From positions 199,690 to 263,689 of the forward strand of contig CAZMIM010000001.1 in assembly GCA_964566505.1 (NCBI GenBank): a stretch of 64,000 nt of DNA. The letters are read 5' to 3'. This stretch comes from an uncultured Candidatus Saccharibacteria bacterium (GTDB lineage: Bacteria > Patescibacteriota > Minisyncoccia > Phycocordibacterales > PCTT01). This document shows, in pieces, positions 29,641 to 38,835 of the stretch (position 1 is the first letter of the stretch; the number at the start of each line of letters is the position of its first letter). The notes under the pieces were generated by a model that worked only from the letters and a program-made list of their open reading frames with translations, made no database searches and was not told where the DNA came from. The position numbers were made by a program, and so were the translations under genes.

Positions 29641-30675
29641 CTATAAACTTTTAGCTGTTTCTATAACATGCCGAACCAAAGTATTGGTATATCCCATTTC
29701 ATTGTCATACCATGCAAGTACTTTCACCATATTTCCACCAACAACCTTTGTCATTGATAAATCTACAATAGACGCATGTGTGTCTCCCACAATGTCTGAT
29801 GAAACCAATGGTTCTTCTGAGGCAGAAAGAATACCCTGCCATCGCTCTTCTTTTGCTGCTTTTCTAAATATCTCATTTACTTCCTCTACAGTGGTTTCTT
29901 TGTTGGTAATAAATGTAATATCAACAAGTGAACCTACCAAAATAGGAACCCTCACAGAAACTCCATCAAAGAAATCAATTCCTTCTACCGCTTTTGTTGT
30001 GGCAGCCGCAGCTCCTGTTGTAGTAGGAATAATATTTGTAATAGCTGCACGCCCACGACGAGGGTCTTTGTGATGTGGTGAATCTACAAGACGCTGACTT
30101 GATGTAACGCCGTGTATTGTATTGAGAACCGCTTTATCTATATCAAGAGACTCCTCCATCACAGACACCACAGGAGAGGCTGCATTTGTAGTACATGAAG
30201 CATTTGCAGATATTTTGCATGTCTTTAACTTATCGTGGTTTACGCCCATCAACACTGTTGCCCCGGGCACGTCTGATTGTGGCTCACCTTTTATTGGGGA
30301 AGAGACAACAACCTTTTTCGCACCAGCATCAATATGAGCACGAGCTCCTTCATAGCTTGCAAAAAATCCAGTCGACTCTACCACAACATCAATATCCATA
30401 TCTTTCCATGGAAGCTCTTTTGGATCTTTTACAGATAGAAAGGGGATTTCTCTTTTATTCACAATAAGCGCGGGATCATCGCCTGTACGCGCCTCAAGAG
30501 AATTAGCATATTTACCATACGCTGAGTCATACCTTAGTAGATACTCAAGGTTTTCAATGTCAGCCAAGTCATTGATGGCAACTACTTCTATCTCAGGATA
30601 ATTTTCAGAGAGACGAAAAAAAGCACGCCCAATTCTCCCAAAACCATTGATTGCTACTCTCACCTTTTTATTCAT
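29641..30675 (-). CDS. gap: type I glyceraldehyde-3-phosphate dehydrogenase
   Basis: VAINGFGRIGR Rossmann motif and ASCTTN catalytic-Cys motif. Confidence 0.93.
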   Translation of the reverse strand: MNKKVRVAINGFGRIGRAFFRLSENYPEIEVVAINDLADIENLEYLLRYDSAYGKYANSLEARTGDDPALIVNKREIPFLSVKDPKELPWKDMDIDVVVESTGFFASYEGARAHIDAGAKKVVVSSPIKGEPQSDVPGATVLMGVNHDKLKTCKISANASCTTNAASPVVSVMEESLDIDKAVLNTIHGVTSSQRLVDSPHHKDPRRGRAAITNIIPTTTGAAAATTKAVEGIDFFDGVSVRVPILVGSLVDITFITNKETTVEEVNEIFRKAAKEERWQGILSASEEPLVSSDIVGDTHASIVDLSMTKVVGGNMVKVLAWYDNEMGYTNTLVRHVIETAKSL

Positions 30676-30705
30676 AAATATAGTTTATTATTTATTAATA
30701 ATACC

Positions 30706-31398
30706 TTATTTGCGTCTTGCACGCTTTGAGCTTTTCCCTGCAGTAAACACAGTTTCTTTCATATAAATAATCGCATCTCCCCATTTGCGCATAATCCTAT
30801 CGTGCATAAACTTTGCATACAAAAATAGAATTATAAGAAATGCACCAAGAACAAGTCCTGTAGTATTTATCAAAAATCGCGCGTCCTGCACGGCACCTCC
30901 AAGGTAATACCCAAGACCCACAAAAATACCACTCCATATTATCTGACTAAAAAACGAAGCGATATAGTGTCTTTTAAATGCCACTCCAAGCATTCCACCT
31001 ATTACCGCCAAAATATCAGTCAAAGCGACCGTTGGAGAAACCTTAAGAAAGAAAAAGAGTTTTCCATAGTGGTCTTTGACCACATTTACCCAGCTTGTAC
31101 CTGGAGTGTGTTCTGCTTCTTCAATACGAGCAATAATTCTTCGAGATTTAGGAAATCGCTTTAGAAAACCTTGCCCTCTTCTCCCAAGCCAGAAAAGTGA
31201 TGCATCTGTAGTGGTAGTAGTAACAAACCAAATCAAAAAGAAAGTGAAGGGGTTAAGTGAGCTGATTGATGCAAAAAACCCACCAGCAAAACCAGCAACG
31301 GGGCCAAGTGCTATAACAAGCAGGGGGTAAATATAGTATCCGTATTCAGAAAGCCATTGAAACAGAGATTGTCCGAAAAACAGTTCTTGTCCTGTCAT
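30706..31398 (-). CDS. DedA/VTT-domain family membrane protein
   Basis: 230 aa with DedA-like topology and conserved G/F-rich re-entrant region. Confidence 0.6.
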   Translation of the reverse strand: MTGQELFFGQSLFQWLSEYGYYIYPLLVIALGPVAGFAGGFFASISSLNPFTFFLIWFVTTTTTDASLFWLGRRGQGFLKRFPKSRRIIARIEEAEHTPGTSWVNVVKDHYGKLFFFLKVSPTVALTDILAVIGGMLGVAFKRHYIASFFSQIIWSGIFVGLGYYLGGAVQDARFLINTTGLVLGAFLIILFLYAKFMHDRIMRKWGDAIIYMKETVFTAGKSSKRARRK

Positions 31399-31650
31399 AT
31401 AGAGTCAGTATACCAGCTTATAATAATTGAAAAAGACAAGCCCCAACAGCACATTGCTGATGGGGCTTCGAGCGTCGTCGGCTTGGGAGTCTGTCACACA
31501 ACCAACTACCTGGTACTCTTTCGGACCTCTGGCGGTCCTTGACTGGTCTCATTGGCTGCAACAAGACTTACTTTCATTATACACCCACAAAGAAGTAATA
31601 CCTCTGTGTACAACATTTGCTTTTTCCAAAACCTCAAGTAATCTCTAGAT

Positions 31651-32379
31651 ATGGAATATCCAATACGAATAAATAGATATCTTTATCTCAACAATATCTG
31701 CAGTCGACGACAAGCAGACCGTTTTATTGAACAAAAACTCGTATATATAAACGGTAAGCCCGCTGTACTAGGGCAACAAGTAGAAGAGGGTGACACTGTA
31801 GAGCTAAAAGGTAGGGCTCAAAAGCATGTATCAAACTATCAATATATTATTTACCACAAACCTCGTGGAGTTGTCAGCCACAACCCACAACGTGGAGAAA
31901 AAGCAGTGACAGACCTTGTAAAAAGTAAGCAAAAAGTAGACCCCATTGGGCGTCTAGACAAAGACTCTACAGGCCTGATGCTTCTCTCAAACGATGGACG
32001 ACTTGTAAACAAAATGCTTCACCCAGATTTTTCACATGAAAAAGAATATGTTGTGAGTGTAAACAAAGAGCTAAAACCAAGCTTCAAGAAAAAAATGGAA
32101 GGTGGGGTAAACATAGAAGGATATGTTACAAAGCCTGCACGCATTAAAATCACAGGAGATAAAACATTTAAAATAATTCTCACAGAAGGTAAAAAACACC
32201 AAATCCGAAGAATGTGCATGGCTCTTGGCTATACAGTAGTTACACTAAAACGCGTACGAATGATGGATATAAAACTTTCTAAACTAAAAGAAGGCGCACA
32301 GCGCCCACTTACAGAAAAAGAAAAGAGTATTCTATTTTCACAGCTTGGAATTACTGAGCAGCCAACACTGCAAAGTTAA
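31651..32379 (+). CDS. rsuA: rRNA pseudouridine synthase, RsuA/RluB family
   Basis: N-terminal S4 domain (RINRYLYLNNICSRRQADRFI), catalytic RLDKDSTGLMLLSNDG. Confidence 0.85.
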   Translation: MEYPIRINRYLYLNNICSRRQADRFIEQKLVYINGKPAVLGQQVEEGDTVELKGRAQKHVSNYQYIIYHKPRGVVSHNPQRGEKAVTDLVKSKQKVDPIGRLDKDSTGLMLLSNDGRLVNKMLHPDFSHEKEYVVSVNKELKPSFKKKMEGGVNIEGYVTKPARIKITGDKTFKIILTEGKKHQIRRMCMALGYTVVTLKRVRMMDIKLSKLKEGAQRPLTEKEKSILFSQLGITEQPTLQS

Positions 32380-32462
32380 GTAGTGTAATCACCATACTGA
32401 AAAATCCAGTAATAAAGGCGATTCTTGTTGCACGGTCCTTTAGCCATGTGTCCATAAAATTC

Positions 32463-32613
32463 TTCATCCTGTAGTAAAAAATTAGTTTGATTAATTAGAC
32501 AAGTTGGTTTCGACACAACCAAGTCTATGTATATCATTTCCCGTATGTCTAATTAATCTCTGTTGAAGTAGTTAGTACTACTTCAACGAACTAATTTATA
32601 CTACGGGATTCAT
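32463..32613 (-). mobile_element. MITE-like repeat copy C
   Basis: About 93% identical to copy B including both TIRs; overlaps the rsuA 3' end region; a 38-codon ORF (MKNFMDTWLK...) starts exactly at its terminus. Confidence 0.65.
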
Positions 32614-32660
32614 ATTTTAATTATACAATGTTCCAATCACCACAACCTATGTATTCCACA

Positions 32661-33980
32661 CTAAATCTCAGACAGATCCCTATCTGTAAATAGGTTAAGT
32701 GTCCACTCAAGTGCTGTTCGAGCCTTGGCACGAGCACCAAATATCTTAGAGAGATATGCTGTTCTGTATATCCACCATGCAATAAATCCAGAAAATCTCA
32801 TACCAAATAGCCTAGCGAGCGCTCCACCCTTACCAAGAGACACGATAAATCCCTTATCTTCGGCATGAAATGGAGCTCTATCTGAATTTCCTTCTACCAT
32901 ATTAAAAATATTACGAGCAGCAACAACTCCTTGCTTTACCGCAAATTGCGCTCGTGTTGGATATGCTTTTGTGTCGTCATCTCTATGTGGCACCCATCCA
33001 ATATCTCCAATAGCAAAAACATGTTCATGTGAGGGGAGAGAGAGCGCACGATTTGTCTTTACTCTACCACTACGCTCATCGAGTGAAATTTCTTTTGAAG
33101 ATTTATACATTGTATTGTTTGCTGTAACGCCAGCAGTCCATATAACAGTCCCACCACTTATGTGTGTGTCTCCTACCCACACCCCACTCTCATCAACTTT
33201 TGAAACCCGTGAGTTTAGTAATACACGTACCTTTCCTTTTGCCTCCAAAATCTCCTGCGTCTTTTTTGCAAACCATTCTTCTTCTACTGAAATAAGCTGT
33301 GCACCACCTTGAACTACATGGATAGAAGAAAGAGGGTAAAGCTCTGGATAAATTTTCCTGAGCTCCCCATTTAAAATATCCCCCATTTCACCAGCAAGCT
33401 CAACACCAGAAGGACCACCTCCAACAATAATAAATGTTAGAAGTTGTTTCTTTTTATCTTCTTCTGAAACAAGCTGTGCCTCTTCAAAGCGGTTCAGAAT
33501 ATGATTTTTGATTTTGCGTGCATCCTCCAGGTCATTCATGGTCATACAGTATTTCTCTGCTCCTTCTACACCAAAAAAGTTTGTTTTTGAGCCTGTTGCA
33601 AGAACCAAATAATCATAAGAAACTAGCCCGCCTTTTATATGATCACTATGTTCATCTGAAACACTTTGATTTAGATAAGTAATTTGCTTTCTATCAAAAT
33701 CAATCTCTGTAACCTCTCCTTCTACAAAATCATCCAAACAACACTCTGGAAGTGAGCGAATTGACTGTGTGATACTACCTGGCAAAAGGTTACCAATGGC
33801 AACCTCGTGAATCATTGGTTTGAATACAAAATAATCGTTTTTGTTGATTATTGTGATAAATACATCATCTCTATTATGAAAAAGTTCGTGCAATCCAAGA
33901 TATGTATATAGACCAGCAAAGCCAGCCCCAACGATAACTATTCGTTTTTTACCTCCACCTCGCTCTTGAATACTTGCCAT
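32661..33980 (-). CDS. ndh: type II NADH dehydrogenase (NDH-2) / FAD-dependent pyridine nucleotide-disulfide oxidoreductase
   Basis: KKRIVIVGAGFAGL and TIIVGGGPSGVE dinucleotide-binding motifs; C-terminal membrane-anchoring region. Confidence 0.82.
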   Translation of the reverse strand: MASIQERGGGKKRIVIVGAGFAGLYTYLGLHELFHNRDDVFITIINKNDYFVFKPMIHEVAIGNLLPGSITQSIRSLPECCLDDFVEGEVTEIDFDRKQITYLNQSVSDEHSDHIKGGLVSYDYLVLATGSKTNFFGVEGAEKYCMTMNDLEDARKIKNHILNRFEEAQLVSEEDKKKQLLTFIIVGGGPSGVELAGEMGDILNGELRKIYPELYPLSSIHVVQGGAQLISVEEEWFAKKTQEILEAKGKVRVLLNSRVSKVDESGVWVGDTHISGGTVIWTAGVTANNTMYKSSKEISLDERSGRVKTNRALSLPSHEHVFAIGDIGWVPHRDDDTKAYPTRAQFAVKQGVVAARNIFNMVEGNSDRAPFHAEDKGFIVSLGKGGALARLFGMRFSGFIAWWIYRTAYLSKIFGARAKARTALEWTLNLFTDRDLSEI

Positions 33981-34013
33981 ATAAACGCATTATATCAGAG
34001 AAATAAAAAAAAC

Positions 34014-34460
34014 CGTCCTATCGGCCAGCGCAACGAGGTGTTTTGGTGTAGCCCACCGTGATGGGCGACGTGCGATTCGAGCCACCCATAGGGTACTTTC
34101 TTTATCGCAACACTTCTCGTGCGCTGGCCGATCAAGGATCGGCTCAGGTGCTGTCTTCTAGCTCCTTTTATACATCCACACCAGGTGGCGCAAAAAGGGG
34201 ACGGAAGACAGACTTGTTTGTTCTGACGAAACATCGTTTTTGGATACGAGTCAGCAGCTTGTTGAACCGTGGAATACGATACAGATTAGATTCTTCGTTG
34301 ATCGAGGTACGAAGATACAGACAGTATTTTGCCCGTGCGCCCTTCGCATCGGGATGGAGATGACCATCGCGAGATCGAGTTGAATCATTTCGTCTGTTAA
34401 TTCGAAAGAACAGTGTCCTTGTCTAAGGGACTTGTGTGGAGAATGCCGGGACATTCAGTA
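34014..34460 (-). ncRNA. candidate structured non-coding RNA (unclassified), GC-rich about 450-nt intergenic block
   Basis: No credible ORF. Local GC is about 55-60% against a ~38% background. Nested helices, e.g. 34022-34037 pairs with 34116-34130 (15 bp), ATGGG/CCCAT and GTCTGTCTTC/GAAGACAG stems. Bounded by the nth terminator (about 34470-34520) and a T9 tract at 34005-34013 on the minus strand. Confidence 0.3.
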
Positions 34461-34533
34461 CAGACGTATTGAGTACGTATACGAAAAAACACATTTCTGT
34501 GTACTAGACAAAAATGTGTTTGTATACTCCTCT

Positions 34534-35208
34534 TTATTTTGATTTTGGCCACCTATTTGCCGCCTCTGGATATATTTTTGTAAGAAAATGCTCCTCACAA
34601 TCATGTTCTCTGGCAGTACACACTTCGCGTCCATATGTAATAAATCTATAGGTTAGGTCAAACCACTCATCGCGGGGTAATAACCCCATTAAATCTCTCT
34701 CAATAATGTCAGGATTCTTTGAATCCGTAAGGTCAAATTTTTGCGCAAACCTTCGCACATGTGTGTCCACCGCAATACCTTCCACCACATCATATGCATT
34801 ACCAAGAACTACATTTGCGGTCTTTCGTCCCACACCTGGAAGCTCACGCATTTCCTCCATAGTACGAGGAACTACCCCACCATATTTCTCAACAAGCGCT
34901 TTTGCCATGCCTATAATATTTTTTGCTTTGTTTTTATAAAAACCAGTAGAGTAAATATCTTTTTGAAACTCTTCTAAGTCTGCATTCGCATAATCCTCTG
35001 CAGTTTTGTACTTTTGAAACAAATCTTTTGTCACCATATTCACCCGCTCATCAGTACATTGCGCAGATAAAATAACAGCCACAAGCATCTCTAGTGGGTT
35101 TGAATATTCAAGAACTGTTTTTATCTTTCCTGGATAAGCTTCTTTGAGTGCTTTTGAGATTTTTTGTGCACGTTCTTTTCGCTCTTTATGTTTTTCCTTA
35201 TCAGACAT
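34534..35208 (-). CDS. nth: endonuclease III-like HhH-GPD DNA glycosylase
   Basis: HhH motif LPGVGRKTANVVL; HhH-GPD fold. Only two C-terminal Cys, so possibly lacks a complete FeS cluster. Confidence 0.75.
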   Translation of the reverse strand: MSDKEKHKERKERAQKISKALKEAYPGKIKTVLEYSNPLEMLVAVILSAQCTDERVNMVTKDLFQKYKTAEDYANADLEEFQKDIYSTGFYKNKAKNIIGMAKALVEKYGGVVPRTMEEMRELPGVGRKTANVVLGNAYDVVEGIAVDTHVRRFAQKFDLTDSKNPDIIERDLMGLLPRDEWFDLTYRFITYGREVCTAREHDCEEHFLTKIYPEAANRWPKSK

Positions 35209-35636
35209 TAGATTTCTATTTTCTTACACACATATGCACCCAGAATAAAAAGAAGAAGAGATAGAGTTGCCGATATCATACAATACTGACAAATAGCATT
35301 TAAAACAAAGAGCTGTAGATAAACAAGATATAGACTTACGCCCAATCCAATCAACGGAAGTACTAGGAGCTTTTTAGCAAACGCCATATTTTTTGACCCA
35401 AGCACATAAAGACCCCCAAAGAAAAGTGATAGGTAGAAAAGAAGCCCGAACCCAGCAAGGGGAACACCAAACACTTCTGAATATATACTTGAAAGCACAA
35501 CATCACATCCTTCTACAATAGAGCAAATTACTTCTGTGTTTGAAAGATGAGAAATAGTTAAATACCCAGAATCAAGGATTCCTACAAATGATAGTAAAAC
35601 AATTATCCAAAATGTTGCTTGAACTTTTTCTGACAT
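35208..35636 (-). CDS. vitamin K epoxide reductase (VKOR) family membrane oxidoreductase
   Basis: Loop Cys pair (CSIVEGC) and TM CxxC (CQYC) in a 4-TM scaffold. Confidence 0.65.
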   Translation of the reverse strand: MSEKVQATFWIIVLLSFVGILDSGYLTISHLSNTEVICSIVEGCDVVLSSIYSEVFGVPLAGFGLLFYLSLFFGGLYVLGSKNMAFAKKLLVLPLIGLGVSLYLVYLQLFVLNAICQYCMISATLSLLLFILGAYVCKKIEI

Positions 35637-35641
35637 AGTCT

Positions 35642-36070
35642 CTATTTAGATGAACACCGATCACATGTGCCGAACATTTCAAAAGAGTGGTCTGTGATTT
35701 TGTTAAACTTCTCAGACTGCTCTAGTACTTGCCTAGAAAGAGAATCTGACTCACATATATAAAACTTTTCTATATAACCACAATCAGTACATACGATATG
35801 GTGGTGATGATCATCTCCATTAAATTCATAAAACATACTATCACGACGCATATCGACTTCTCGAAGTATTCCTTTATCTTTAAATAGTTTTAGATTTCGA
35901 TAAATCGTAACAAAGTGCACACCGCTATCTGCAAGAACATCAATAACATCGTCTGCACTAAATGGCCCCGAAAAAGCCATCACGATTGAGATTAGTTTGA
36001 TTCGCAAAGATGTAGATTTGATACCAGCAGAAGATAAAATTGATTTTGCTGAAGAGTTGTTTGAATGCAT
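35642..36070 (-). CDS. Fur-family metalloregulator (Zur-like by context)
   Basis: Winged-helix HFVTIYRNLKLF...; His-rich HHHH..CTDCG and C-terminal CDRC metal sites; divergent from the ZIP transporter. Confidence 0.85.
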   Translation of the reverse strand: MHSNNSSAKSILSSAGIKSTSLRIKLISIVMAFSGPFSADDVIDVLADSGVHFVTIYRNLKLFKDKGILREVDMRRDSMFYEFNGDDHHHHIVCTDCGYIEKFYICESDSLSRQVLEQSEKFNKITDHSFEMFGTCDRCSSK

Positions 36071-36124
36071 AGTAAAATATTACGTTGACATCAATATAGG
36101 GCTATATTACACTGTCTCTGGACT

Positions 36125-36145
36125 AAATGCAAATGATTTGCATTT
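36125..36145. promoter_or_regulatory. perfect 10-1-10 palindrome AAATGCAAATgATTTGCATTT in the fur/ZIP divergent promoter; candidate Fur/Zur operator
   Basis: Lies 38 bp upstream of the ZIP ATG and 55 bp upstream of the fur start; the same 21-mer recurs at 5502-5522 and 61204-61224. Confidence 0.4.
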
Positions 36146-36182
36146 GAAATAGGAGAGAGAAAACCTCAAAAAACACGAAAAA

Positions 36183-36947
36183 ATGAGCGTAGTCACATAC
36201 ACACTACTCGCTGCATCTTCAATAATGCTTATTTCACTCGTGGGAGTATTGTTTACATGGACTACCTTCAAAGTATTCATGGAACGAAACCTCCCCTACC
36301 TCGGCGCATTGTCTGCCGGAGTGTTTGGGATTGTAGCATTGCACTTAATTATGGAAGCGGCGCACATACTCGAAAATACTGCGATGATTGTATTGTATGC
36401 AGTCGTTGGAGTGTTTGCTCTCTGGAAGATTGGTACATGGTTTCCAGAGTCACACCACCACGAATCAGCCGAGTGCACAGACACTCATTCAAAGCGTGGC
36501 GCAAAGCACATGCTTATAGGAGACTCTCTTTGTAATATTGCCGATGGAGCCATTATCGCTCCTGCGTTTATGATAAGCGTACCACTTGGTATAAGCGCAA
36601 CAATCGGCATACTCACGCACGAAATCGTGCAAGAGATTGGAGAGTTCTTTCTATACAAAAAAGCAGGATACAGTACCAGAAAAGCCCTTGCGCTAAACTT
36701 CCTGTCTGCATCTACGATTTTCATCGGGGCTGGAGCAGGACTTGTTTTATCTCAACAACAGGATTTTCTTGGACCACTTCTTGCTATGGCTGGTGGAGGC
36801 TTCATCTATATGGTGATAGTCGACATGATGCCAAGCTCGTACAAAACAATGAAAGCTTCAGGAAAATACAGACAACACGGCCTTTCCTTTGTTGCTGGCG
36901 TTGTTTTGATGACAACTGTTTTGCTTTTTGGGCACATGGGACATTAA
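36183..36947 (+). CDS. zupT: ZIP-family divalent metal (zinc) transporter
   Basis: HEIVQEIGEF and His-rich loop HHHESAECTDTH; 8-TM ZIP architecture. Confidence 0.85.
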   Translation: MSVVTYTLLAASSIMLISLVGVLFTWTTFKVFMERNLPYLGALSAGVFGIVALHLIMEAAHILENTAMIVLYAVVGVFALWKIGTWFPESHHHESAECTDTHSKRGAKHMLIGDSLCNIADGAIIAPAFMISVPLGISATIGILTHEIVQEIGEFFLYKKAGYSTRKALALNFLSASTIFIGAGAGLVLSQQQDFLGPLLAMAGGGFIYMVIVDMMPSSYKTMKASGKYRQHGLSFVAGVVLMTTVLLFGHMGH

Positions 36948-37476
36948 AACGTGTCTCTCCCCTTTCAAAGCCCTCGCATCTTATGATGCGGGGGCTTTCT
37001 TGCATAAACACAAAATATGTTGTATTGTGTTTACAGAAACTGAACACTCACAAACCGAGGATATTTCCATGACCAGCGAGCCAGTGCTTGTCTTCATGTG
37101 TCTGTTAGTAGCCACTTTGTGCCTTTGGTACTACACAAGGCTAAGGTTTTTGAACGGAAATGAAGTCAACAAAATCCACGTTGTGTCAGCTATCGTGGTG
37201 TGTGTATCTGGAGTGATAATGTCATTCCATGGATGGTTTCAAATACAGGAGCTCCAAACGGTTTGGAGCGTCATTGAAACACTCTCAAGCGTTACATTAG
37301 CTGGAGTTATGCTTATGTGTAGCTTCCAGACATACTTCATGTTCAAAAAACGAAGAGAGACATACAATAGAAGGAGGTATGAATCAAACATCATTCCACT
37401 TCTAGATTTGCACATACCCACAATACTTTTGGCGTTAATTGTTACATCAACAATCGCTTCGACTTTCACCGGATAA
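36928..37476 (+). CDS. hypothetical membrane protein
   Basis: 4 TM helices; the start is probably the internal Met near 37069. Confidence 0.35.
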   Translation: MGTWDIKTCLSPFKALASYDAGAFLHKHKICCIVFTETEHSQTEDISMTSEPVLVFMCLLVATLCLWYYTRLRFLNGNEVNKIHVVSAIVVCVSGVIMSFHGWFQIQELQTVWSVIETLSSVTLAGVMLMCSFQTYFMFKKRRETYNRRRYESNIIPLLDLHIPTILLALIVTSTIASTFTG

Positions 37477-37516
37477 AATTCGAAAACCAAAAACCCCACA
37501 CTCTGTGTGGGGTTTT

Positions 37517-38050
37517 CTACATCTCTCTTGAGTCGTATGCCCAATGTATAAGCGATTGTCTTTGTTTTGTTCTGCATGCCCAGTCACCTTTTCTACAATT
37601 TTTAGTAAGTTGTGCCATGTGGCGCCTGTATGCCTTCCACCTCTTTATTTGTCTCTCATCTTCTTCAGGGATCCTTCTGCCTGAATAATACCGGCAATAC
37701 CACTCAAACCACCCTCGTGGGTCGTGCTTTTCATTTATCCATCCCTTCTTTCTCCATACAGAAAGTGGCTGACTTGCATGCACTCCAAAAAAATTGAGCG
37801 AATCGTCATGCTCCTCTGGAGAAAGTTTTGCCTTCTTAAACCAATCCTTAGGGTACTCGTCTTTTGTGTCTGTCATATATTTGCCTCCAAATACTCCTAG
37901 CTCTAGCATTTCTTTTGGTGAAAGGTCTGGTTTGAATTCTGGGTCAAAGTTTTTACCCATTGGTTCTACACGCTCGTATCGATAACCTTTCTGCATCTTG
38001 TTATTAACAACAACTTCTTTAGCCATATATAAAAACAAGATAATACACAA
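37517..38050 (-). CDS. conserved hypothetical protein (Trp/Arg-rich, DUF-like)
   Basis: MLELGVFGGKY ... GWFEWYCRYYSGRR ... RQIKRW pattern looks like a conserved domain of unknown function. Confidence 0.45.
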   Translation of the reverse strand: MCIILFLYMAKEVVVNNKMQKGYRYERVEPMGKNFDPEFKPDLSPKEMLELGVFGGKYMTDTKDEYPKDWFKKAKLSPEEHDDSLNFFGVHASQPLSVWRKKGWINEKHDPRGWFEWYCRYYSGRRIPEEDERQIKRWKAYRRHMAQLTKNCRKGDWACRTKQRQSLIHWAYDSREM

Positions 38051-38480
38051 GAAGCGCCAAACTTCCCCACCAACCCAGAATAGATACTAAAAATGATGCA
38101 GTAATTTTTCTTTGCATTTGTTTTGGAAGCAGTTTCTCTGAAAGCCCATTTCTCTCTTGTTTCAAAAGATAAGGACTTACTACAAATGTAAGGAATAGAC
38201 CATTAAGCACCAGAAGCACCGCAAGTATGGTGTGCACATACGATGTCCATACTCGCTCTACAGATGAGTAAAATAGCACACCACCAAAAATTGCCAGAAG
38301 TGTCCCAATCCATATAAGTGGTTTTGTTACTTTATGAGCCGTTGTTGTTGCTCTTGTCCAGTAACCTGAGTTACGGCCGAGAAACCCATGTAGATCGATC
38401 ACCGTTACGGCACCAAGACCTATTACGAATCCTGAGATAAATATAAACAGCCCTAAGAATTCTTGAGTTAATATTTCCAT
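38019..38480 (-). CDS. hypothetical integral membrane protein
   Basis: 153 aa, 4 TM helices. Confidence 0.45.
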   Translation of the reverse strand: MEILTQEFLGLFIFISGFVIGLGAVTVIDLHGFLGRNSGYWTRATTTAHKVTKPLIWIGTLLAIFGGVLFYSSVERVWTSYVHTILAVLLVLNGLFLTFVVSPYLLKQERNGLSEKLLPKQMQRKITASFLVSILGWWGSLALLVYYLVFIYG

Positions 38481-38536
38481 ACATACTAATCATACCAAAA
38501 TAAAAAACACCCCGCGTGCGAGGTGTTTTTTATTAA

Positions 38537-38737
38537 TTACCAGTCTTCTTCTTCGTCATCGTCGAATGAAGGCATATCATCGTCTTCATCCTCTTCTTCG
38601 TCCTCATCAGAATCATCATCTTCCATTTCTTCGTCTTCCATTTCTTCATCCTCGAGGTCGAAGTCGTTTTCAAATTCTTCCATCATCATTTTGTTTGTGA
38701 TGTTAGTTCTTTTTGTTAATAGAACTGGCCCGTACAA
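38537..38737 (-). CDS. small, extremely acidic protein (Asp/Glu-rich tail ending in Trp)
   Basis: About 50-66 aa with about 60% D/E in the C-terminal 45 residues; the start is probably an internal Met. Confidence 0.4.
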   Translation of the reverse strand: MYGPVLLTKRTNITNKMMMEEFENDFDLEDEEMEDEEMEDDDSDEDEEEDEDDDMPSFDDDEEEDW

Positions 38738-38835
38738 TTACTTTGGTGGGCCAAACCGACCATACGCGCGTTGCGTCCCCCACATTGTATTTCTATTTCC
38801 AAAAAAGGCAATACTTTTTTATAGAAAAATAACCC

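Noticed and set aside
33995-34533. RNase P RNA or tmRNA in the GC-rich nth-ndh spacer
   Set aside because: The CR-I/CR-IV/CR-V RNase P motifs are not present in the right order on either strand. No T-arm/acceptor plus CCA terminus and no ANDENYALAA-like tag frame were found for tmRNA. Kept only as an unclassified ncRNA candidate.
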